Shown piece after piece: positions 37,221 through 48,881 of a DNA stretch of 64,000 nucleotides. Every line of letters starts with the position of its first letter. The first letter of the stretch is position 1. Both the position numbers and the translations under genes were made by a program. Origin of the DNA: Fistulifera solaris (Eukaryota); assembly GCA_030295235.1 (NCBI GenBank), contig AP026123.1, positions 620,001 to 684,000 on the forward strand. Direction: 5' to 3'. The notes under the pieces are model-generated. The model did not search any database. It worked only from the letters and a program-made list of their open reading frames with translations, and had not been told where the DNA came from.

Positions 37221-38905
37221 TTACTTTTGCTTAGGACCAATCATATCCTCGGCAACAACCCATTCGTCGAATTGTTCAGCCGTCAAAAATCCAAGCTCAA
37301 TAGCAGTATCTTTGAGCGTTGCTCCTCTTCATGGGCTGTCATGGCTATTTTCGCGGCATTTTTGTATCCAATGTGAGGGTTCAATGCCGTAACTAGCATC
37401 AGACTTCCGTGCAAGAGTTCTTTAATCCGACCTTCGTTTGCTTCAATACCACTAATGCAGCGTACTGCGAAACTTTCCGAAGCTTGTCCGAGCAAGGTAG
37501 CGGATTGCAACAAGTTAGATATCATGACTGGCTTGTACACATTCAGCTCCAGCGCTGGACCTTGCGATCCAGCAAAAGTAATCGCTGCATGGTTTCCGAT
37601 GACTTGGGCACAAACCATTGTAAGGGCTTCACATTGTGTCTGATTGTGTTGAAAAGGTGAGAATGAAAATGCGTTTCAGCTCGCATGATCGTTTCATGTA
37701 AAAATACTTACAGGATTAACTTTTCCGGGCATGATGCTGGATCCTGGTTCATTTGCTGGAAGAGAGAGTTCACCCAGCCCGCAACGCGGCCCTGATCCTA
37801 GCCATCGCACATCACAAGCAATCTTATGCAAGCTGGCAGCAACAGTATTGAGTGCAGCGGAAGCGTGGATCAAACTATCGTGAGCCGCAAGAGCTTCAAA
37901 TTTGTTGGGCGCCGTGACAAAGTCCATTTTCGTCTCTTCCGCAATCGCCTTGGCAATAGCAACATCATATCCCATGACCGTGTTCAAACCAGTACCGACA
38001 GCAGTTCCGCCGAGTGCCAAGCGGTTCAGAGCAGGAATTGACGCCTCAATGCGCTCGATGCCGTATTCCACTTGCTGCAGATATCCGCTGAATTCTTGTC
38101 CTAACGTTAATGGTGTCGCGTCTTGACTGTGAGTCCTTCCAATCTTGATAATGTTCTCAAATTTCTTCACTTTATCTGCAAGAGCATCGCGGAGAACTTT
38201 CAAGCCCGGGATAGTGACAGTAGTCAAACATCGAACAGCTGCAATGTGCATAGCGGTGGGAAAGGAGTCGTTGGAGGATTGTCCCATGTTCACATCGTCA
38301 TTCGGGCTCACGTAAGCCTTCTTTTCTTCTTCCGTCAATCCTGTCTTGTCAAACGGCAAACCGAGAATCTGATTTGCTCGATTAGCAATCACCTCATTGA
38401 CATTCATGTTGGTCTGCGTACCCGATCCTGTCTGGTAGACGACCAGCGGAAATTGTTTATCATGCTGACCGGAAATGATTTCTTCCGCAGCTTGCTGCAT
38501 AGCAGTCGCTTTCTTTTCGGAGAGCTTTCCGATTTGAGCGTGATACTTCGCGCAGCATTTCTTAATCAAAGCTTGTGCATAAATGACATCGAGCGGCATT
38601 TGACAATTGGAGAATGGGAAGTTTTCGATGCTTCTCTGCGTTTGAGCGCCCCAAAGATTCCCGGCCTCTACTTTGAGTTCTCCCAGAGTATCGCTTTCAA
38701 TACGAGCCGGAATATCTTCTACGACAGTCATCTTGAGCTGCGTGGATGAAAAGAAGGAAGAAGAGAGGCTTACAGTCTTTGAAAAGGTTTTAGGAGCTCG
38801 AAAGCAACCAATGGCAAACGATTGTTTGCAATGGCTCAAAACTCGTCCTCTCATCGTCGTATCGTGCCACGTGAAAAATGTCGCAAATGCAAAACTGCGT
38901 TGCAT
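37221..38905 (-). CDS. FUM1: Fumarate hydratase class II with organellar presequence
   Basis: [50 protein letters not shown]. Intron 37640-37711; slip near 37325; start could be 38905 or 38854. Confidence 0.97.
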
Positions 38906-39220
38906 TTTTTCAGCCAGTCACAGAAAGATCGGTCACGAGTACCTGGTAGAGAATAGAGAACGATGAGGAAAACGCGACCATGAAACTGCAAAAACTTCAC
39001 GGTACTCGTAGCCAATCATTTTGCATGTTGAAAACCGCAAACGACTGATGTCATTCCTTTGGAATTCCGGCGGAGTGCGGTGCACTTGCTGTCGCCACAT
39101 TTCCGAACGCCAAACGAAAAAAATAATGTCCGCACAAAAGTCGTCAAACACGAAGCTTCTCTTTCTTATTATTTTGCCCATCCAACGCAAACTTCACCAT
39201 TTCAAATAATCAAAATCAAC

Positions 39221-40609
39221 ATGCTCGCACGAACATCATTATTTCGTTTCGGAAAGGCCAGTTTCCCACGGTCCTTCTCAACGGCGTCCATCGAGACGCA
39301 AAGTCAGACGGAACACTGCATTCAGCTAGAGGAACAGTACGGTGCCTTCAATTACGCGCCCCTTCCGGTTGTCCTCAATAAGGGTCGAAACACCAAAGTA
39401 TGGGACGTCGAAGGCAACGAATACTTTGATTTTTTGAGCGCTTACTCGGCCGTGAATCAAGGTCATTGTCATCCGAAAATTCTGGAGGCACTTTATGAGC
39501 AGGCGTCCAAGTTGTGTCTGACGAGCCGTGCCTTTCACAACGACTGCTTGGGAGAGTATTCCGAATACATCACCAAGTACTTTGGTTACGACCGTGTTTT
39601 ACCCGCCAATACGGGTGTGGAGGGCGGGGAGACAGCCGTCAAACTAGCTCGTCGATGGGGTTATGCGGTCAAGGGGATTGCACCCAACAAAGCTCGAGTG
39701 CTGTTTGCCAACCAAAACTTTTGGGGAAGAACTCTAGCTGCTATTTCGAGCTCCAATGATCCGACGGCGTTCCGTGGTTTTGGACCTTATATGCCGGGCT
39801 TTTCAAATATCCCATTCAACGATTTGGGCTCGCTCGAGAGTGAATTCGAAAAGGATGTAAGTAGTTATAGACGATGAGTAGGAAGCTTATGTTGAGTCGG
39901 CAGAAAACTCATCGGTGTCTTGCAAAATTTAGGCTGAGAATATTGCTGCATTCATGGTCGAACCGATCCAAGGAGAAGCTGGTGTTGTTGTTCCCACGGA
40001 TGGATACATGAAAAGGTGAAGCAGCTCTGCGAAAAGTACAACGTTCTCTTAATCGCTGACGAAGTTCAGGTAGGAATTGGACGCACTGGCTACGAGCTGG
40101 CTGTGCAACACGATGACTGCAAACCTGATATGATTGTCTTGGGAAAAGCTTTGTCGGGTGGTGTTTTACCGGTGTCGGCTGTTTTGGCTTCCGATGAAGT
40201 CATGTTGCAATTAAAACCAGGCGAGCATGGTTCTACCTACGGTGGAAATCCGCTGGCGTGTAAAGTCGCAACGGCTGCTTTGCAGGTTCTTAGAGACGAA
40301 AATTTATGCCAGAATTCAACAGCCCGCGGTGAGCAACTCCGAAAGGGGTTGAACAAATTGAAGGGCACAACCGCTATTGCAGAAGTACGAGGACGTGGAC
40401 TGCTCAACGCTATTGTCATTGATGAACCCAAGGGTCACTACGGTGCCGCCGGAAAAGCGTACGAACTTTGCCTGAAAATGAAGGATAATGGCTTATTGGC
40501 AAAACCTACGCACGGCAACATAATTCGTTTCGCTCCTCCTTTAACAATCACAGAAAACGAGGTTGATCAGTGCCTTGACATTATCGAGAAGAGCCTTGGT
40601 GAACTTTAA
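39221..40609 (+). CDS. OAT: Ornithine delta-aminotransferase, mitochondrial
   Basis: [52 protein letters not shown]; intron 39857-39932; slip near 40012. Confidence 0.97.
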
Positions 40610-40974
40610 TCGAATACAGCGATCTTTGAGAACATGGGTTTCGTTCGAAATCATATTTTCTCTTGATAGTACTTTTCTATTCTTGCTTTTTTTATGATAA
40701 GTTTAGCCGGGGAGTCTCATCTGCATTTGCCTAACCTTTAGAGAGCACCTTTCCGACTAGCGTCGGCATGAATCATCCCCTTATCTCGTACGGGGAATAG
40801 TTTAATGCACTACACGTTGATTCTTCACCTCAATAGGATCGTTAAACCATCAGTATCATCTTTCGATACATGCCATAACGAAAATTATCGCCCAAAATGT
40901 GGTTCTCAAAGAAATAGCTATAGGGATTTAGTCGGAAATGTCACCCCTATCAGCAAAATTCGGCGTTTCAGGTC

Positions 40975-42224
40975 ATCCAGAGATTCTGTGCTCGTTCCAG
41001 AAATTCTGGAATCGTTGTGTTGAATCAAACAGAGATTCTGTGGTCGTTCCAGAAATTCTGGAATCGTTGTGTTGGGTCAAACAGAGATTTCGTGGTAGTT
41101 CCAGAAATTCTGGAATCGCTGTGCTGGGTCAAACAGAGATTCTGTGGTCGTTCCAGAAATTCTGGAATCGTTGTGTTGGGTCAAACAGAGATTTTGTGGT
41201 CGTTCCAGAAATTCTGAATCGCTGTGTTGGGTCAAACAGCGATTCTGTGGTCGTTCCAGAAATTCTGGAATCATTGTGTTGGGTCAAACAGAGATTCTGT
41301 GGTCGTTCCAGAAATTCTGAATCGCTGTGTTGGGTGAAACAGCGATTCTGTGGTCGTTCCAGAAATTCTGGAATCGTTGTGTTGGGTCAAACAGAGATTC
41401 TGTGGTCGTTCCAGAAATTCTGGAATCGCTGTGTTGGGTCAAACAGAGATTCTGTGGTCGTTCCAGAAATTCTGGAATCGCTGTGTTGGGTCGCACAGCG
41501 ATTTTGTGGTCGTTCCAGAAATTCTGGAATCATTGTGTTGGGTGAAACAGCGATTCTGTGGTCGTTCCAGAAATTCTGGAATCGGTGTGTTGGGTCAAAC
41601 AGAGATTTTGTGGTCGTTCCAGAAATTCTGAATCGCTGTGTTGGGTCAAACAGAGATTTTGTGGTCGTTTCAGAAATTCTGGAATCGGTGTGTTGGGTCA
41701 AACAGAGATTCTGTGGTCGTTCCAGAAATTCTGGAATCGCTGTGTTGGGTCAAACAGAGATTTTGTGGTCGTTTCAGAAATTCTGGAATCGCTGTGTTGG
41801 GTCAAACAGCGATTCTGTGGTCGCTCCAGAAATTCTGGAATCGTTGTGTTGGGTCAAACAGCGATTCTGTGGTCGCTCCAGAAATTCTGGAATCATTGTT
41901 TTGGGTGAAACAGCGATTCTGTGGTCGTTCCAGAAATTCTGGAATCGCTGTGTTGAATCCAGCAGAGATTCTGTGGTCATTCCTGAATTTCTGGAATCGC
42001 TGTGTTGGGTCAAACAGAGATTCTGTGGTCGTTCCAGAAATTCTGGAATCATTGTTTTGGGTGAAACAGCGATTCTGTGGTCGTTCCAGAAATTCTGGAA
42101 TCGCTGTGTTGAATCCAGCAGAGATTCTGTGGTCATTCCTGAATTTCTGGAATCGCTGTGTTGGGTCAAACAGAGATTCTGTGGTCGTTCCAGAAGTTCT
42201 GGAATCGCTATATTGGGTCAAACA
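40975..42224. repeat. 52-bp minisatellite, ~24 units, each with two dyads
   Basis: Unit gttccagaaattctggaatcgctgtgttgggtcaaacagagattctgtggtc; period 52 (40994, 41046...); 156-bp higher-order block at 41957/42113. Confidence 0.98.
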
Positions 42225-42540
42225 AATACAAGGATTCTGTTCTTTCTAGCAAGATACTGTACAGTGTTCTTGTAAGATTTCCAGAAAATCTGGAGTTGGT
42301 CTTTGTGTCCAGCAGATGTACCCGCGATCCGCGATAGGTTTATTACGTTTAACCTTGATCGGAGACGACATTACTTCATTCCTTGTAACCTTACCGACGA
42401 TGGAGACGACGACGATGATGGTGATTGCGCGTCTCGCTTTTGTTGCAACTTTACACATCTTCAAGCAAAGAGTCATCATTAAACGAATACTCTTATTATT
42501 TTATTTACAATAAGCCAAACACCATCAAAACGAGCATCCA

Positions 42541-43133
42541 ATGGGAAACATTTTTTGCGGCGAAAGGAAGAAAGCACAAAAGCTACTGCTTTCGATAGCA
42601 AAGATATCAACAGCTCCTCGAATGAAATTCCGAGCTCGGCTTTGCACTCGTCTTTTCCTGCTACAAACGGTAATAATGCTCTACAAAATCAACAGCAACA
42701 GAATGAGATACTCAATGATCCTGTAGAGTTAGCGAAACTTCAAGCATCCCGAGAGGAAGAAGCTCGATTACAACTGGTCCTTCAACAAGCCGGCCGAGCC
42801 ATGGTATCGGTTCGGTCGACGCGGGGTAGCACGCCATATTACGATCAAGGCTTTGCCGCTGCCTTGCACCAGCATTTAGAACAAACAACGAAATTTCCTT
42901 CGGTTCCAAACGAATTGCCCCCGCCAAGTCAAACACCCGTATATAACAGTTTATCAAAACCAATGTGGCAAGATATCTTGCTGGGGAAACAAGATAGTGG
43001 GTTGGCTGGTCTAGCCGGAGAGAATCCTCATACTTACATGGATCACGAAGCGGAAGCGTTTCTCGACAAGGTGCAGGTCAAGAAAGAAAGACTGTTTGCA
43101 GGCACAAACCCCATGGTGGAGAATTTGCTGTAA
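42541..43133 (+). CDS. N-acylated small protein, LAMTOR1/Ego1-like
   Basis: MGNIFCG (Gly2, Cys6) joins the downstream ORF via a 1-nt slip near 42563; helix EEEARLQLVLQQAGRAMVSV. Confidence 0.5.
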
Positions 43134-43216
43134 AGTATGTCAATTGTGATTTGTATAGAAAGAGTAGGTCGAGTGGACTTACTTGCTTTATGAATGTTAT
43201 AAAAACTGTCTATTCT

Positions 43217-44107
43217 TTAGAGAGCGTCGATTGTTTCACGTTCATCAATTTGAACGTGTCCTACTAAATTGAACGACACTAGTCGATCCTTCCCTTCGTT
43301 AGTTGCCTCAGTCCATTCCATGTCATCCACCATGATCAAAGATGCTTTCCCCATGGCAGTCCCTTGATGAAATTTGTAACGCCTTCTGGGTGTCACAACA
43401 TCCAGACTCGCCGCGAGAGCTGCCGCGGCAATGCCCGTCGCTGGATCCTCCGGATAACCCGAGGCCCGAGGAAATTGTCGACATTCGTATTCTTCATCAT
43501 TCACTTTGGCGTACAAATACAATCCCGTCGAATGAACTAAAGCATCACAACAACTTTTGAAGTGTTCTGGATTAAGAGGGGCCTTGGCTTGGTGCAAGGC
43601 TTCCACCGAGTGGACGCGGATGAGTGTTTTTGGTCGAGCAATCGATGCGTGACAAAACGATGACGACTGTACGTCCGTCGATTGCAAACCCAATGTATCC
43701 CGAATTAATCGGAACAAAAGAGGTGAATTGGTAACTTTTTGTTGCTGTAATTGTGCTTGCATGTGTAAAGAAACAATCTGATCGGGAACATCTATTTGAG
43801 CTTGATAGGTAGTCTCGCTACTATCTTGGAAACGAACCATCGAGGTCTGCTCCGCCATACAAAAAGCACCTCCCATAGCAGCATGGGCACAAAAGCTTAC
43901 TTCTTCTCCCGTCGGCATATAAAATGCCATTCGCTTCTGGAGTGGATCGATCACCACACTTTCCCAAGCACAAGTCTTGGCGAGTTCCGAGCCGACCAAG
44001 TTTTCGCCCATAAAGACAGTAACTGGATTTCCTCCCGTTCCTTTCCATTGACAAAAGACACGTGCGGAAATTTTGTGAATGAAGCGTGCTGCATTGTTTG
44101 TGGGCAT
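43217..44107 (-). CDS. PhzF-family isomerase/epimerase
   Basis: VF...GGNPVTV, FYMPTGEEVSFCAHA, RQFP...EDPATGIAAAALA, HQGTAMGK. Confidence 0.9.
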   Translation of the reverse strand: MPTNNAARFIHKISARVFCQWKGTGGNPVTVFMGENLVGSELAKTCAWESVVIDPLQKRMAFYMPTGEEVSFCAHAAMGGAFCMAEQTSMVRFQDSSETTYQAQIDVPDQIVSLHMQAQLQQQKVTNSPLLFRLIRDTLGLQSTDVQSSSFCHASIARPKTLIRVHSVEALHQAKAPLNPEHFKSCCDALVHSTGLYLYAKVNDEEYECRQFPRASGYPEDPATGIAAAALAASLDVVTPRRRYKFHQGTAMGKASLIMVDDMEWTEATNEGKDRLVSFNLVGHVQIDERETIDAL

Positions 44108-44279
44108 GCTGCAAGGGATGCTCTCGAGGCACAAGACTACTGACCTGATGTTATTACTATGTGTTTCCTCGCTCTCCCGAATGATGACAACAACATGAGG
44201 AGTCGTCTCATGAGACAATAATAACATCATGAGGACAAGCTGTGGAGTCGCGCGAGACGTGAGACGTGAGACGCGAGAC

Positions 44280-44405
44280 GTTCTGCGTCGTCGGCCGGAA
44301 AATCTGTATGACGTGTCCAGAAAATCTGGACCAGCGTTCTGTGTCGTCTGACGGAAATTCTGTATGATGAAGAGTCGTCCAGAAAATCTGGACCATCATT
44401 CTGCA
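44280..44405. promoter_or_regulatory. Divergent-promoter duplication with two GTCCAGAAAATCTGGAC palindromes
   Basis: Copies at 44315-44331 and 44377-44393; weaker variants at 44295 and 44351; lies between the PhzF-like and DNMT2 starts. Confidence 0.55.
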
Positions 44406-44586
44406 GCCGCTTTTTTTTCGCATTATTGCATTCCAATAACACAATTAAGAAGGATGAAGCAGTGAAAGAAGCATGTCTTTTCGCATTCTGTGCTGTTTAT
44501 TGGTAACTGCTCATTGCTCATCCTTTTTCACACAGATTAGAGTTACGCTGGCATCATTTCGATATTATACGAAACCATTGTTTACC

Positions 44587-45793
44587 ATGAAACGAACTAG
44601 AAACGAGGATGCACCTCCTAAGGATCCGTTGCTATCGTCCCAAAAAACAATCCGCTTTGTGGAGTTTTATGCAGGAGTCGGTGGATGGACTATGGCGCTG
44701 CAACAAGTTGTAGAGCGGGGGCATTCCGACCTATCTGGCTTGCGATTCGAATGCGTCGCTGCCCTCGATCATTCGGATCTTTGCAAAGTTGTGTACGAAC
44801 ACAACCACAAACCCGTCACCTTGTCGAATCGACCGATCCAAAAACTCACGGTCGGCCAAGTAGAAGGGTGGCAGGCCGATTTGTTTGTCATGAGTCCTCC
44901 TTGTCAACCACACAGTCGTCAACATACGCATCAGAAACGAGAATTGCAAGACAAGCGTTCCGAAAGTTTTCTGCACTTGTGTGAGTTACTTCAGTCACTT
45001 TCGACCGTACCTTCCGTCATTTTGCTGGAAAATGTGGTTGGATTTGAACGATCGCAAAGTTTTTCCTTCTTTCAAAAAAGTGTTAAAGGATCGAAATTAT
45101 CGGTGTTGTCATTTCATATTACAACCCAGTCAAGTTGGATTACCCAACGATCGACCTCGTTTCTATTCTGTGGCTGTACAAAACGATTATATCAAGCTAG
45201 AGAAAGATTCTTGGCAAGCCAAGTACTTTACAAAACCGTCTGATGACATTAGTGCGGATGTTATCATTCAAACGGAAATCCCCGAGTTGGGAGTGAAAGC
45301 GATGAACAGCATCACCGAAAAGGATATCCCCAAGCTTCAACACTTCCTTGATAATTCGCCCGATCCGCGTTTGAGCATTCCGGAGAAAGTTCACCAAAAG
45401 CGGGCAGCGTGGTGTCTTGACATTGTCACTCCCGAACAACGACGTACATCGTGTTTCACGTCGGGCTATGGGAAATTTGTTCGCGGCACTGGCAGTGTCT
45501 TATACACGGGAGAAGGAACGTTTGAGCTGGTAGCACCCGAACAGCGCGAATACGATGCTGAGTGGGACAAGGATTTGGATTGGACGAAAGCGCGGTACTT
45601 TTCTGGTTCCGAGTTGGCTCGTCTATTTGACTTCTCAAATGACTTTGCTTTTCCGCGAACCGTATCCGTGGGACAGCAGTGGAAGCTTGTGGGCAATTCA
45701 CTTAATGTGAGAGTCGCGGCTCGACTATTGGAGTTTGCGTTTAGGGTACGCATGGACGCGTTGTTGATAAATGATAACAGCAAAGACTTGTGA
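44587..45793 (+). CDS. DNMT2: DNMT2/TRDMT1 tRNA cytosine-5 methyltransferase
   Basis: EFYAGVGG, MSPPCQP, LLENVVGF, PNDRPRFY, DNMT2-specific CFTSGY, GNSLNV; extra A near 45075. Confidence 0.93.
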
Positions 45794-45935
45794 TGACTAA
45801 ACCCAATCCAAGTTTCATAGGAGCATTCCATGACTTTAAATATAGAACTGATACAACCGAGAACTAGACACAATGTGTCACTATAGCTTTGAGCCAGACA
45901 AAGTGCTATCTTTGTTAAAGTTCGTAATGACTGGA

Positions 45936-48034
45936 TTACAGTGCGTTTTCATCGATTGAGTCTCCATCAATGTTCTCGTCGCTGAGAGGTTCTCCGTCAA
46001 GCTCTTCGCCGATCGATTCCCCGTCAATGTTTTCATCATCCAGAGGCTCCCCATCGACGTCTCTGTTAGTGGCATTGTCTTTCGAGTCCTCTTCTAAGGA
46101 TTCCCCATCGACGTCATCGACATCAACGCGATCATCGTCTACTTCGGAATCTTCTCTTGAGCATTTGTTCGTTACATAATCTTCCCCCCTGACATGGTTT
46201 TTGAATAAAACGGCCCTCTTCGGTGAGAAACCTTTCTTCGGGTAAGCGTTCAATGACATCCCAGTCACCCTTCGGCGCACAGTCCTTCTGTTCATCGCTC
46301 GGTGACGGCTGCAACTCCGCGTCGTCAAGTTCTGAATCTAAAGATCTATCTTTGACATTGTCTTCGTGTTGTGTGAGACTGGATTTCTTCTCTGTAAACT
46401 TTGGTTTTATCTTCTTCCCTTCGAACCTATCCTGTAATTCATCCAAAAACAAGGGACTATAAACGCTCCAATTCGTCCAAGCTGCTAAGATTGAACTAAT
46501 TTCGACGGCAAGCTTATTGCGGGTAAGCCGCCCACCCCATTCCATCCTACCAATTGCCGTGAAGACGTCTGGGGCCATTTTTTCAATTGCGTCACGATAT
46601 CGAAACGCGTTCCGGACTCCAGGCTGTTGCGAATTAAAAAGAATATCAGAAAGAAGAAACAGCTGCGCTGTTTTCTGCTCCATTGCAACGTCCTTCGGCA
46701 CGTTCTCTGAGGGTTTTTCTTTCAACAACTCCTGAAGCATATCGCAGATATGTCGAAATGAGCCGCTTTTTTCGAAACAAAAGGCCATGGCTTGACAAAT
46801 TGAGCCACGTGACGTAGTGAGCTCCTTTCGAAACAGACGTCTGAATTCAGTTAATTCGCGCGGTGTGAGGTCTTGCCCGTCGCTAGTTCCACAGTGTCGT
46901 CGGCGTGCATCTGGAAGTTCCGTGCAAATTGCAGTTGGGACTTCTTTCTTGTCACCATGATGCAGAGGAGGCGGAATCCATACCGGTCCTCCCTCTTCCA
47001 TTACAAAGGGTTCTGTATGCCAAGACTCCCAGGTGTCCCCATGCGCAAAACTCCACACACGCCAAAGATAGTAATTTCGTTCAGTGTCACTCCATGAACA
47101 TTCTTGCTCTCTTCTCAACTTCTGTTCCAGCGGGTGCTCATCGCTAGCCACAGCAAAAGCAGCATTAGAAATTAAATGCTCTCTTTCGCTATCTGAAGGT
47201 ATAAGAACCTCAATAGAACCCGCACCAGCTTTTAGTTTGGTCGGCCTACTAGACATTTCTTCATGATGATTTGGGACATGGCGACCCCACCGCACCATGA
47301 TAAACCTCCCTACTCGAAAGGCATCCGTGTCATTTAGCTCCTTCAAAGCTGCTTCCGCGTCGGCGCGATAGCGAAAACACACGAAACCTGAATGTCTATT
47401 TCGAAATCGCTCTTCGGGGGTTCTAGCCCACATGATTTTGACCGAATGCAACGGACCTTTGGAATCAAAAAGGAGCTCAACAGGCAAAGAGTTAGAAGAG
47501 TCCTCTGAGAATAGGAATCATGATTCAGTCAACTGTACCGACTAGATAGACGTTATCTCACCAAATTGCACAAACACGTCATATACTTGTTCTTCGGTAA
47601 GATGGGGGCGAGATTTCCCACAAACAAATTCGTAGTAATATTCTCCTCCCCAGGTTGAACAAACGAGCCAGATACACGCTGATTCGAAGGTCGTGGGTGC
47701 TTCGATAGCATCGTCGTTTCCGCGTTTAATTCTTGCAATAACGCATCCATTTTGGCTTTCCGGGAGGAGCTTATCGCTCCGTGATGTCGTTTCATCGAAG
47801 AAGTAATTGAAGCCTTCACAGGATCTTTCTTCGTGATCGTTACTGCTCCCGAATCTAATTTGGTAGCTTCGCATGAGGTTGGCATAAATACTTTTGTCGA
47901 ATTAAATGCGTCTTCATCATCAGGCTTGCCCATTCTTGACTTCTTTTTGAGGGTCGCAAAAACTCGTCTTCCTCCGAGGACGATGTGTCGCCACTCTCGG
48001 GAGGCGGGGCGCCTTTACGATGACGGATACTCAT
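45936..48034 (-). CDS. U2SURP: U2 snRNP-associated SURP-motif protein (SR140): RRM, SURP, CID
   Basis: TTNLFVGNLAP, SVKIMWARTPEE, YYLWRVWSF, LFLLSDILFNS, acidic DxDGEPL repeats; intron 47457-47561; several slips. Confidence 0.88.
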
Positions 48035-48163
48035 GATAACCGTGCCAATACCTTTGTTGCGAATTTAACTATACAGAAAGAAGAAATGCGGTAGGCCTGC
48101 AACATCGTAAGCTTTTGACACTCTAACACCTTTTCATGATACGGCAATGCGAATACCAGGTAT

Positions 48164-48690
48164 AACGCTTCGAATAATGCCTACGTAGATTCTGCGTAGG
48201 CCTGGTACGGAAATTTATCGACAGAGGGGGGACCCGGATAAGGTTTTACTCGACCTCATTAATTTGTGCATCTGGATTGCATCAAAGTCATCATCGCCTT
48301 CACCAAGATGATGTATCCGTACCAAGAAGCGATAAATGACAGCAACTCGAACTCGAAACGTGAAAAGGATGATGGACGCAACGCTTCGAGTAATGTCCAC
48401 GTAGCTTCTACGTAGGCCTGGTACGGGAATTTATCGACAGAGGGGGGACCCGGATTGTGTCTTACTTCGACCTCATTAATTTATTTGTGCATCTGGATTG
48501 CATCAAAGTCATCATCGCCTTCACCAAGATGATGTATCCGTACCAACAAGCGATAATTGACAGCAACTCGAACTCGAAACGTAAAAAGGATGATGGATGC
48601 AACGTTTCGAAAATTGTTTACGTAGATTCTACGTAGTCCTGGTAGGGAAATTTATCGACAGAGGGGGACCCGGATTATGTCTTAGTTCGC
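48164..48690. repeat. Tandem repeat, 216-221 bp x ~2.4, in the U2SURP/GMPS divergent intergenic region
   Basis: aacg(c/t)ttcga...tacgtag...atttatcgacagagggg at 48164, 48380, 48601. Confidence 0.92.
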
Positions 48691-48881
48691 GCATCCATCG
48701 CGCGCAATTTTTATGTCTGTGCTTCGTACGACTTTACATTCTGCCAACCAAAAGAAAAGGCGCGGTTTTTGTTGTTGCCAACTGCCAACAACAAAAAACT
48801 TCCTTATTAGTCGCAAAGAACATCGATTTACACAATTTTGTCAGACGACCTGTAGTGTTGCAATTCTAACGATACTACACA

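Noticed and set aside
40975..42224. CRISPR array
   Set aside because: The sequence between palindromes is itself repeated; no unique spacers, no cas genes, eukaryotic context.
40975..42224. Minimal hammerhead ribozyme (GAAA-TTC-TG-GAA-TC resembles stem III)
   Set aside because: The core reads CTGTGGT rather than CTGANGA, there is no stem II, and stem I is out of register.
40938..42275. 445-aa ORF and overlapping ORFs
   Set aside because: By-product of a stop-poor 52-bp unit cycling through the three frames.
44587..45793. Restriction-modification DNA methyltransferase acting on the nearby palindromes
   Set aside because: The CFTxGY motif identifies DNMT2, a tRNA methyltransferase; no nuclease partner.
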